NCBI RefSeq assembly: GCF_964355755.1
Contig: NC_092680.1
Span: 19,787,045-19,851,044, forward strand
Source of the DNA: Antedon mediterranea
Lineage: Eukaryota; Animalia; Echinodermata
Direction: 5' to 3'
Length of the DNA: 64,000 bases
The translations under genes were made by a program, and so were the position numbers. The notes beneath the pieces were generated by a model, which was not told the origin of the DNA, did not search any database, and saw only the letters and a list, made by a program, of their open reading frames with translations. Positions 38,931-49,619 of the stretch are shown in pieces. Within the stretch, counting starts at the first letter, position 1; the number at the start of each line of letters is the position of its first letter.

Positions 38931-40685
38931 CTACATAATGTCTTGTTCTTTTGATGAACGGGCAACCGACTGTGATGTTATATTTTTTGTAGCATCTTTC
39001 GAGCTAACGACGTGTGTATTTTTCAGTGCTTTAGCTTGCTGCTTCCATTTTGTAAGTGTAGATTTATGGATTTTCAAATCAGGAAACTGTTGACAGGTAT
39101 TTTGAAAGGAAGCATCATCTTTGTTTTGTTGTAGCCATTGTAATACATTTTGTTTAAGCGTGCAAACATCAAGTTCTTTTTTCACCAGTGCCTTCCAGCG
39201 ACAAAAGGAACTTACCGTTAGACCAATATAATGTTTTAATGTCTCTTTATACGTGACATCAGCGTTATGTGATCTTATGAATTTCATAACCTGTTGGCGA
39301 AAGAACTTCTTAGTAACCACACTTTGTGTAAACGTCTGTTCTTGTATTTTCGCATCTGTATTTAATTGGGTTTCTAAGTTCGTTGTCTGGTGGTTATCCA
39401 CTGGTATATTAGTGGCAGAAACCGATTTTCTTAAAACTGTTATATCAGCATTTTCCGGATCTTTAGATATTGATTTAGTAGGCCTACTTTGTCCTTTTGA
39501 TGTCAATTGATCGCTTTCATTACCTTGTCTACATGTCTTGTTAGTGTCTGGTGCTGTGTCTTGTTCTTCTGATGAACGGACAACCGATTGTGATGTTATA
39601 TTATTTGTATTTGCAACAGTAGAATCCATTGTCAGTAAATCAGATAGTGTTTCATTATTTGTTCGTTTGTTATAAGCTACATTATCAGATGTTTTTGGCA
39701 GGTTACTTATTATATCCATTTCAGATGATGGTGAATTTGAAACAATTGAATGTTGTGTTACAACTGATTTCATTTTTCTTCTTTTTAGCAGTTTTTCTTT
39801 ATTTTGTTCAACTGGTTCAATTGGCTGATGTGCTTGATCTTGCACAGGTTTATGGGTATCAAGTGTATACACAGCTATATAGGCAGGTTGTCCTGACATG
39901 GTTGGTACAGACACCAATTTGTCATCATCTGATTCTATACAAGCACCTGTCTTATTATTCCTTATACAGGAGGTATAATGTCTAGATGATGTCGTCATTC
40001 CAAGAGGTGCAAGAGTTGACTGTAACAAATACTGTACATCTGAACCAGTGACAGTTGGTAAAGACAGTGTGTTTGATGTCAGACCAGAGACATCACTTTT
40101 TAGTCCAGGACTATGATCTATTTGTAAAAGAATTATCAGCACAGACGGTGCTGTGTGAATAACTTTTGTTTGTAATGCCTTGTTGAATGTACAGGCAGTA
40201 CATAAAAAGTAAATACTATGAGGTTTTGTTAAGGAATTTAGTAGTGCTGTGTGCATGGTTTGTGTATCGTTTAGTCTCAAAACATAATGATTTGATTGAT
40301 CTATTGTTGTAGATACATTACCACATGAATTGCAGGTAATGGTTTGTTCCAATGTGATTTTACATGGATCAGTTGGCATATGTTGTAATAATGTTAACAT
40401 GTACTCATAAGCATCAGACTGTTGGCCCAAATTGAACAATTTGCTATTGTCTGTAATTTCCTTCAAAAGTTGTGCAGAAAAATTAGTGAACTGCTTGTAG
40501 TCATTACATAGCAGAGTCTTTTGTAGCAATGACGATTGTTTTTTGCATTTGGTGCTGTAGAAATAACTTGCAACAGAACGCAGAATTTGGATGACTGCAT
40601 TATGGCAGCAATTGTCAAAGTCATTGTGTAGTGGAATAGGTCTTGCCGTATCTAAAGTTAAAACAGAATGAACAAATGTTTTCAC
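38931..40685 (-). CDS. Intronless ubiquitin-specific protease (peptidase C19)-like domain + low-complexity linker + two HTH repeats; nested in MBD2/3 intron 5, probably TE-derived
   Basis: Cys box LHNDFDNCCHNAVIQ, QQSDAYE, CxxC pairs CNSC/CTAC, APSVLIILL, His box RHY...SDD and AYIAVY; two HTH-like repeats ending in RWK/KWK. The frame opens at GTG, with no ATG before the catalytic Cys. Confidence 0.75.
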   Translation of the reverse strand: MKTFVHSVLTLDTARPIPLHNDFDNCCHNAVIQILRSVASYFYSTKCKKQSSLLQKTLLCNDYKQFTNFSAQLLKEITDNSKLFNLGQQSDAYEYMLTLLQHMPTDPCKITLEQTITCNSCGNVSTTIDQSNHYVLRLNDTQTMHTALLNSLTKPHSIYFLCTACTFNKALQTKVIHTAPSVLIILLQIDHSPGLKSDVSGLTSNTLSLPTVTGSDVQYLLQSTLAPLGMTTSSRHYTSCIRNNKTGACIESDDDKLVSVPTMSGQPAYIAVYTLDTHKPVQDQAHQPIEPVEQNKEKLLKRRKMKSVVTQHSIVSNSPSSEMDIISNLPKTSDNVAYNKRTNNETLSDLLTMDSTVANTNNITSQSVVRSSEEQDTAPDTNKTCRQGNESDQLTSKGQSRPTKSISKDPENADITVLRKSVSATNIPVDNHQTTNLETQLNTDAKIQEQTFTQSVVTKKFFRQQVMKFIRSHNADVTYKETLKHYIGLTVSSFCRWKALVKKELDVCTLKQNVLQWLQQNKDDASFQNTCQQFPDLKIHKSTLTKWKQQAKALKNTHVVSSKDATKNITSQSVARSSKEQDIM

Positions 40686-42029
40686 TCTCAGTCATTAAGA
40701 CATGCAATGTTGATCAAAATGTGATTGAAAGACCTGACAAGGATCATTAATAATATCATGTCACCAATTCAATGGCCCTAAGGGTTGCAAGATCAATTCT
40801 CTGCTTCATTATTTTTTTTTTAGTTTCCGTTTTTATAACACTTTTATTGAATTATTACTGTACTGTATATTAAAAATTATATTTTTTATATACAATGTAC
40901 CTACAGTATGTCAAACTGTAAAATGGCGAGTACAATCAAGAACATTGTTCAAGGTACAATATAATAACAACTAACCTTTACGGTTTGTGATGTTATCACT
41001 ACTGCATATCGCGTCTAACTATTACAGTATGTTAATAACATAGTTCTTTATGCTCTGATCAATACTATAACGTGTATCTGTTTTTATAATAGTTGTCAAT
41101 GATGTATTATAATTATATTAACAGCTACAACTTTAAAACATTCCCAATTCAATTAATCGGTCCGACTCTGAATACAATATTCACACATCAAGTTGTCTAG
41201 GGTCAGAACCTATACAGATTGTCGTACATTATGCATGCATGCCAATATTGGTTTCAAAATTGTTGTTACATTTTGAACAAAAGTATGTTTTATTTATTAA
41301 TCAGTCCAACTTTTCAGTCTTAACAATGACCCTTTCCACAATACATAAATACCGTATTAAAAACTGAACTAAACAGTAAATGAAGAGAAGTATTATTTAA
41401 TATGAATATTATTTCCAACTAACTATTAGGTCTATGAACTTGCGTTCAGACACAGATCTGTGTCATTCCTATCAGAAATAAAACCACAATACAAAACCTA
41501 TTTTGTTATATATAATTATATTAGGAGAGGGGCAACAAACAAATACTGCACAAATCCTTTTCTGGATAATTATTGGAGCAGGTGTTCCTCTGATACTCTG
41601 CTGCTAGACTGAATGTTCATCTGATCTGATCATAAATGGTTGGACACCCACCCCCATCCCCATCCACGGCCTATAGGTTGACAGCCACAATAAGGTTTTG
41701 ACCATTATTCAATGATTATTGACAGTGAATCATTATAATACCTGCCTAGGTTGACATCCATTTATTGAACAAGATATTACAGACTCTGAATATTATCAGC
41801 AAATGTTTTCATAGACTCTCTTTTCCCAGACGTGCTTCGGGTTTGAGCATGACCCGTTTAAATTTACAAATTCTCAAATCTTTCAGCCTGTAGTACTGAA
41901 GCTTCCACTTGATATAGCTTCTTAATGCTTCTGTCCTCTCGAACATACAGTAACTGCCTATAAAGGCACGGCGCGAAAAATGTAATTAATAAAAATCAGA
42001 TCAGTTAATTTAATTTAAAAAAAAAATAC

Positions 42030-42192
42030 CTTCGATGGCTTCTACATCCCCTTCAAGTACCTTCTGTAATCGTTCCCGTACATCTCGTACCCGGTCCTCT
42101 TGGTTTTTTATATCGGTTTCATTAACGACAAATTTGATACACAAAGGTTGATCAGAGTTGATGTAAACGTCTGGATTCTTTTCCAATTGAGA
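42030..42192 (-). CDS. MBD2: MBD2/3 exon 5 (coiled coil: SQLEKNPDVYINSDQPLCIKFVVNETDIKNQEDRVRDVRERLQKVLEGDVEAIE)
   Basis: Matches the MBD2/3 C-terminal NxxQPLC...DIxxQExRVxxVRxxL motif; tttag acceptor, phase-1 donor. Confidence 0.93.
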
Positions 42193-42547
42193 CTAAACAT
42201 TCAATAAAAAAAGAAATTCCAAATTACAAAATGAATGCTATGTTCGTCATGGCAGTTAATGATGTTATATGCAGTATGACAATCATCATCAAATGAAATA
42301 CGTAAAGAAATTGTAAAAAATATTACAACAATTTATTGTACACAAATAATTTTTATTGTGGTAATCGGAGATAATTTTCATTTCAAAAATTTTATTAGCA
42401 ATAAATGATAATCGATGAAGTCTCTGTAAGAAACACACTGTAGTTTTATGTTGTATTATTTGCTAAATCGTTTTATGAATGTTTAGAAATAAAAGGTAGT
42501 TTGAATACTGAAGCATTTTGCTATACGGCTGAAAATGTTCACTTTTG

Positions 42548-42630
42548 CAGTGGCGTAAAGGCTATGAGCGCTCACTGGCTAAACCCAGAGGCCCCGCAGC
42601 TAATAGGGAGCCCTCAGGAGGGCCCGGAGG
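42548..42630 (+). mobile_element. hAT-like element terminus fragment
   Basis: Starts CAGTGGCG and has gGCCCc subterminal motifs; an inverted homologue lies at 49300-49377. Confidence 0.55.
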
Positions 42631-44095
42631 AAAAATAAAGGCATTAACTTATGATACTGTATATCGTACTGTATTACTGTACAGTAATATAGTACCACAA
42701 TAGCAATACAATATGCAGAATTATATACTGGACGTATTATATAAATACTGTAGCTTGAAAATATTCTTTCACATTTTATTCATAAAACTCATAATGTTAA
42801 AAGCATGCTGTCTGAAAACTGTTAATAGTACTCTGGACACATCAGATACATTAACATTATTATAGGAATTGGCAATGATGTGTATTCCATGGGGAGTTAC
42901 TATATTCATGTTGAGCAATAACAACGCAGCAGGAATCGATATCTTTAACATTGGTCACATTCATTTCATACAATGTTGTACTGACAATGACATGGTTGAA
43001 AGATATACCATGATCAGTTAACTTAAAGATTGTCCTGAAAATGTTTTTTTTTATTTTTTTTATTTTTTTGTTGAATATGCCATTTTGATGTTCCATAATA
43101 GTTATCCAGTTTGACCAAAAATTGGAGTGAAAAATAATATTTATTTACCTAAAAAAAAAGCAAAAAATAGTCATATTGGCTGCCAGCCAATGAATGGGTT
43201 TTTGGTTGAATTTGAATAATTTGTCGCAGAAAAAATTGGAAGATGTACACATGATGCACAAATAAATTAAAAAACTGAGGTTTTTGATTCACGTCTAGTA
43301 AAACATTTGCCTAGTAAAAAATAGGCACAAGAAATGGTCTCTTTCATGGCACAAAATTTAGATATTTTTTATCATTTTCTTTGAGAAAAGAAAACTGATG
43401 AATTAATCTGTAAAGCATTTTTAATAATTTATTTGTTGACTTTTTGAATGGGTGAATCGCACAAAAAAGTGGTGCAGAATAAAAAATAAACAAAAACAAA
43501 TGTTGGAAAACAATAAAGAAAAATAGACTATTAAAAAAATAACGAAACATATTTACAGTACAATGTTTTACAATTTTACTTTCATGTAATATAGCATTTT
43601 AATTTGCAGGAAAAAATATAATAATGTAGAATATGATATTAATAAAATTGTAATTGTACTTTTAGTTTTACAATGAAAAAAACCACTGTACTTTACTAGC
43701 CAATTGTAATTCAAGTTATTAAAAGTAGAAAAAAAAGAAATATATAGGGATATTAAAAGACTATTATGTTTTTAACGACTGTGCTTTAAAACATTAAACA
43801 TATTTATTTTTTCCAAATAGTAGATGACTCTCTGAACTGTGTCTATAATTTACAGGCAAATTTTCTAATAGTCACATTATGCATCATAAGGTTATATAAA
43901 CCCTAATAACTGTGCCACATATGATACATATGTGACACAGTATCTCAGAATTTGACTATGCTACTGTGAAGATAATGAGAATTGGATGGAAATAGTATAA
44001 TCAATAGTATATTTTACATGCATTTAGTAATAAATTATTTTATGATTTTGAAAACAAATTCATACTCATAAATATTTATGTCTGAATGTTAACTG

Positions 44096-44247
44096 AGCTC
44101 ACACTAACAAACTATTTTTGACTTTGAACTTTGAAAAGTGTGATGTGCCCAAATATAGTAGTCATAGTGATATGACATCATCATGTCCATATATGGGCAC
44201 ATCACATTGTTTTGTCACACAAAGTTTGATACTGTAATGTAGACAGA
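44096..44247. mobile_element. Harbinger-type MITE family M1, degenerate
   Basis: tgtgatgtgcccaaatat...gggcacatcacatt...tttgata...tgtagacaga. Confidence 0.75.
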
Positions 44248-45776
44248 TTAAAATTAATGCTGATGAAACATGAGAGATGAATGAACGAACTGATCAATAC
44301 CATTTCCAAGCAGTGATCACCGACTTTAATATTCTTGTAGTGTATCTATAAATGAATAGGCCTATAATTAAAACCATCCAATATTTATGACTTCCTTTTT
44401 AATGATTTTTTTTTTGCATCTACAATCTTCGCATGATTTAAATCTTCTTGCCATGATAACTGACAATCACCGTTACTTCAACCTTGATTCCGCATCAATA
44501 ACAAATTAAAGATACAGATTGCGCATGCAGAACAGTTATTTACAGTACATCTAAGAATAAGATACGCATTAGAATGCAAGTTATTCAAAGCTTACATATT
44601 ATTGAATAGATAAGGTATAACGAGGTATTTACGGCTAACTTAGTAGAATGAGCAATTACTTATTATGGAACGCTTTACAATTAATCAATATTTTCTAATT
44701 ACATATCATCAGCGGACTTAATGGATTCATAGTTCAGTGTATTTAAATTATTTCTATTGTGATAATTAAGTATTAGTTTTTCAAATCGTAAGTTGTGAGG
44801 CATTTCTAGAGAAAAATTTAGCCGAACAATTGATATAAAAATGACTTAACGTCACAGCCCCTCCCCCGATTTTCAAGCCGCCTCGGTTTTTGTAAAAAAA
44901 AAATTTTTTCTACACCCGGAACCATTTTATTGCATTAAAATTGATCCTGCGTTGGGTAAGCGTTTAAAAAAAGAAATGACAATGAATTGAAAGGAATAAA
45001 TAAGTACAGTTTTATTATGTTGATATTTCTATATGCTACAGTAGCATTGATCCAAATGATTATGATTGGTGTACAGTACGAAACCATAACTCGCAAGCAG
45101 CAATTAAACCTAATAACAATATTTTTGGTTTCTTTTTAAAACAAAAACTAATCTATATATTTTAACACAAACATCAAACTGAATGTTTAAAAGTAAATCA
45201 ATAATATTATAATAAATGCAAATGTATTTGCAGATAATTAATAAAGTACTGGCTATTATTTGCAAACACAAAGCAACTAGAGTAGGTGTGCGCAAGACAA
45301 CTGTGACACAAATTTGTGAATTTCTTTGTTATCAATAGTATATATGAAGCATTGTATTTTGCGAGGTATTTTCTTTCCTGCTTAGGGAGTACTGTACTAA
45401 CATTCTTCATACCAAGAAACTTATAAGATATTGTCCGAGATCATAGCAGTAGTTAGGTGCTAACAATATCTTCTCACAATCGCACTTTCTTTTCATAACA
45501 ATAACTCTGCTCTAGTTTTATATAATTTATCTTTGTTTTGGAATTTGGATGATTTGTTATTTTTATTTTTTATTTTTCTGTTTGTATAGTAGGTTTGTTG
45601 ATATGGATGAAATATTTCCAAAATAAAAGAAATTGAATTATTTGATCATTTATTTTCTCAATTCATAGAGCAGTTGCACTGTAATTCTACCGGGCGGATG
45701 CAGTATGACTATTACAAGGCGCTGAAGGAAAAGAAGTATGCACATTTAATTTAAAATATATAAAGCAAAAGATGTA

Positions 45777-46021
45777 AGGACGTGTGGCGCAGTGTGTTGG
45801 ACGCTGGATTAATGATCGTGATATCGTGGTTCTAATCTCTCGCCGCATATGTATCCTTAGGAAAAACACTTTTATGGGTACACGGTAATATCAAGATACA
45901 ACTTCACACTGATACTAGCTGCATTATGGGAGTATGTTTCCATACATGTTTGATCCAAAATGACTGGTGTAATAATGTGCAGCGCATTAAGACCTTATTT
46001 AAGAATGAACTATTATTATTT
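45777..46021 (+). mobile_element. CORE-type SINE copy with internal deletion
   Basis: ggacgtgtggcgcagtgtgttggacg head; gagtatgtttccatacatgtttgatccaaaa body shared with the 18-kb and 62-kb copies. Confidence 0.8.
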
Positions 46022-47162
46022 TTAAAAGGTAAAGTTTCTACAAATGCTGTCTAAAAAAGACTTTAAATTGTCACAAATTCCATGATTAATAGCAACATTA
46101 AATATGGTACCACTTTATTCTGCCTGTGAGAAGCTCAAGGTACAGTACCACCTACAGTAGCTGCAATGCAATTGTTATGGATAATACATTTTATTTAATC
46201 ATATTTTAAAATTCTGTGAATCCATTTTTAAATAACATGTAGTTCATTTTCCATGCGTTAATAATGTTCATACCTTACACTGCATATTACTGTTTTATAA
46301 TATACTTGAAGCAACGCTTTATCCCCATTAAACATTGTTTTCTATACATGTTTACTGAACCATGACCTGGCTGTATAATATCCAATTTCCATAACATGCT
46401 AGGCAATATTTATGTTATTATATTCCAAGATTAGCAGACAAATGTCAGAGTTAAAGGCAAAAAATTATAACAAAGAGATAAAGGCAAGCATTGCAACTAT
46501 AATAATGCAGTATGATAGTTTATTCAAATGTTTTTAATTAAAGACTAAATATAAAAAACCATATGTTCAAATAATGTTTATACTAGTAAGTAAACTACAG
46601 CGTACAATAATGTATGTTTATAGTATTCTAATAATGGTGTTAATGATGGATTATGAGCAATTTGGGCTCCCGTCTATTTCATTCTCATGGTAACTATTTT
46701 TGTTGTGGAATAAATAATATTATTTTATTATTTTAAATTAATACTATTTCTATTTTACAGAATACTAATTTCAAGAATTAAAGAACACTGTAGATCTGTA
46801 TACAATAGAATATCTTACATACAATTTCATAATTTAAGACAAGAATTCTTTGTTAAATGTTATTGATGTACAGTAAAGATGGTAATGGTATATGTTAGTA
46901 CGTGAAAGTATTGTTATGATGATGGTTGTAATAATTGAAAAATCTATAAATTACAACACCTTAAACTTGGAAGTTTAGATGGAGAATTATTCATGTTTTA
47001 TTAAAGGAGCTGGGAGAAAATAATATTATAGCAAAAAGAAATACTAAATATGGTTAATTTATAAAACTGCTAGAAGTTAGTGAATTTATAAATAGATGAA
47101 GTTGTTTTCTGACCTTCGAAAATTTTAAAATGGTTAAAAGGTTTATGAATAAGCAAATTACA

Positions 47163-47175
47163 TGACCTTTGCCCT
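47163..47175 (-). promoter_or_regulatory. DR1 element AGGGCA-A-AGGTCA (HNF4/PPAR/COUP type) in MBD2/3 intron 4
   Basis: Motif match only. Confidence 0.25.
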
Positions 47176-47485
47176 CAAAGAATACCTAAACATTGTTGAT
47201 AAATTTAGAACTAAGTGTATGAACCAATAAATAACATAATTAAAGTATTGATTTTATTGAGAAAAAAAGTTCAAATGAACTTGTTTTTCTAACACTTTGT
47301 TTATATTTGTATATTAAAAGAATAGTGCATTGATACTGAACATTGTTACAGTACATCTTACTACAGCCATAACGATAATGATGTTAAACAGTAATATAAT
47401 ACTAATTAATGAGTATTAAAAATATGAAATTACAGCAAACAGATACTAATGAAAGCAACAAGAAAAAAGTGGTTTAAAATATATA

Positions 47486-47747
47486 CCGTACTGACGCAGG
47501 TATAATCCCACCCCCCTTGAACATGAAATCACGTCAAGTTTGGGGGGTGGGCTTATACCCGAGGATCCAAAAATGCAGATCGTCAAAAACAGCACATGTA
47601 CACTGTGTATTCCACCATGCGAGCGAGCTGTAGATCTTCGAATTAATAGGTGGGCTTATACCCGAGTGCCTCATTTTTCATGAAAATTAGTCAAAAGTCG
47701 GGGGTGGGCTTATACCCGAGTATGGGGTTATACCCGCGTCAATACGG
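47486..47747. mobile_element. Tc1/mariner-pogo type MITE, complete
   Basis: TIRs ccgtactgacgcaggtataatccca / tggggttatacccgcgtcaatacgg with TA on both sides; three internal gtgggcttatacccgag repeats. Confidence 0.88.
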
Positions 47748-48956
47748 TAATATTCTTTCAGGGAGCATGCATATTTTCCCCTTTACTAAAACTAGGCTTC
47801 TTTCTAGACTTTTTTACCTTGATATTTTGAAACATTTCAATTTATGATGTGTGGAGAATTTTCAATAAACTAAACAAAAATAAAGACATTCTTTTGTTTT
47901 ACAATGGATGTATAAATTTAATTTATTTTAACAATTTATGTTTTAAACACCAATTTCAGGATTATCAGTATATTTATCTGACATTTTTTTAATGTGAAAT
48001 ATATCTTTATATCACAGTTCGATTCCATTTACCATATATTATGAATTATTACTTTGTCCTTTAGATACTAATAACAGCGTTTGTTTTTGGAAACAAAAGG
48101 GCAAACCAATGCTACAGACTTTCATACAGTGTCATTGTCATGTTTTTATAAGCTGTATTCGTGTTTGCTTATTTCTAAATTGACAAGCTGTTCATATAAT
48201 AATATTGTGTCTATATGAACAAGTAGTGAGCAAAAAAAGTACAAATTAAAAATACGAATTTGAAGAACCACCACCAATCATTTAAAAACCATAAAATATT
48301 AACATGCTTTTTATACCATCTGTAAAAACATCAAGAGGGCCAGTGATGGGTCAGGGCTAAGTCATAATAATTATCTAGGCCTGTGGCAATGACTGTAAGA
48401 CCATGGGGGTCAAACAAAAGAACTGAGCTACAGTTATTATACCTAACAAAATTGAGGGAGATATTGCCAGAAAATGATATTCAAATTTATCAGAAACATT
48501 GCAATTAAATGTCTATTATACTTAAACTGATACTTGAGATTAGGTTGTTACGGTAACGAATAATAAATCAATAATGTATACAGTACATACATTACTGGAT
48601 TTTTTTTTGTTTTGTTTTATAAGAATAAGTGATTACTAATGCATTTTGTAATGAGTATCTTATTGTTCTATTACATGTTGTAATACATTACATTAATTCC
48701 AAGTAGGTGACTTATGGCATATAACAATGATCTTGAATGATTTAGGTCTTTATATGAAGTAGGCAATGAAAGTATGATAAATATAGATAATATAGTAGAT
48801 AATATTTTAGATAGCTATTTCAACATCGAATTACTGGGCTTCTGCCTTTATCAAGTTTCTTTGTCTGTCTGCTGTTATTGATTGCTAGATTAATCAAACT
48901 TCAATTTTTTTGATGAGATTTTCAGGTGTACAAAGCCTATTCCACACACACCATGC

Positions 48957-49160
48957 ATTTGTGAAGGGCGCTCATCACCAGCCAATCACACTCCACTGCT
49001 CTGCATTGACGTGCGTGAATGAACACCCTCATGATTATATGCACTGGGATAACATCAAATGAAAGGCTGTGTTTAGTGCATTCACCACTGATCAAGCATG
49101 AATATATACTCTACACAAAGAAAGGTCACTCAAGTCCATGTGCCTGATCCCTTGTGTGCG
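48957..49160 (-). ncRNA. Candidate intronic box H/ACA sno/scaRNA with three hairpins (~204 nt)
   Basis: Same strand as the host gene: hairpin 1 (acacaaggg/tctttgtgt), H box AGAGTA at 49112-49107, inserted hairpin (atgcact/agtgcat), hairpin 3 (gggtgttcat/atgagcgccc, with G-U pairs), then ACA at 48962-48960. Confidence 0.55.
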
Positions 49161-49179
49161 AATTACAAATAACAAGTTT

Positions 49180-49198
49180 CGGCCAACAGAGGGCGGTA
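49180..49198 (+). promoter_or_regulatory. CTCF-like motif CGGCCAACAGAGGGCGGTA
   Basis: Close to the TGGCCACCAGGGGGCGCTA consensus; motif match only. Confidence 0.35.
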
Positions 49199-49299
49199 TT
49201 AATGTTTTTAAAATACAGAGAATACATTGTTTTTTTGAAAGGCCTCTGGTTTAACATTCTCAAGTACCCTCCAAATCTGGGTAGTTGACTTGTGGCTAC

Positions 49300-49377
49300 T
49301 TATGCTCTGGGGCCCCTTAAGCCTTGGGGCACATGGGTTTAATAACCAGTTAGCGCTCATAGCCATTATTGCCACTG
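49300..49377 (-). mobile_element. hAT-like element terminus fragment
   Basis: Reverse complement cagtggcaataatggctatgagcgctaactgg matches the 42548 copy. Confidence 0.55.
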
Positions 49378-49405
49378 TGTATCAATAAGAAATAAGGTAC
49401 ATTAC

Positions 49406-49503
49406 CTGTGATGCATTCTGGCCTGTGATTGGTTGTGTGCTCAGGTGTAAACTGGATGCAATGCTTTGTATTAGACTTTCATCTGACATACCCGGTCCTA
49501 CAC
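49406..49503 (-). CDS. MBD2: MBD2/3 exon 4 (SVGPGMSDESLIQSIASSLHLSTQPITGQNASQ)
   Basis: Matches the VGPG...AxxLH...PITGQ segment of MBD2/3; canonical splice sites. Confidence 0.93.
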
Positions 49504-49619
49504 CTGAATTGTTAGAAAAAAGATTGATTTTGTGAAAAAAGAGAATAAAAAAAATTAACCAAGAACATGCATCATTTCAAAAGTAATGCATGCACGCGGT
49601 TGTTAAGATGGTATACTTA

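Noticed and set aside
39253-39985. Plus-strand ORFs of 85 and 118 aa
   Set aside because: Antisense shadows of the USP-HTH frame.
48957-49400. Telomerase RNA (H/ACA domain, near TERB2)
   Set aside because: No CTAACCCTAA-type template or pseudoknot domain was found upstream on the minus strand.
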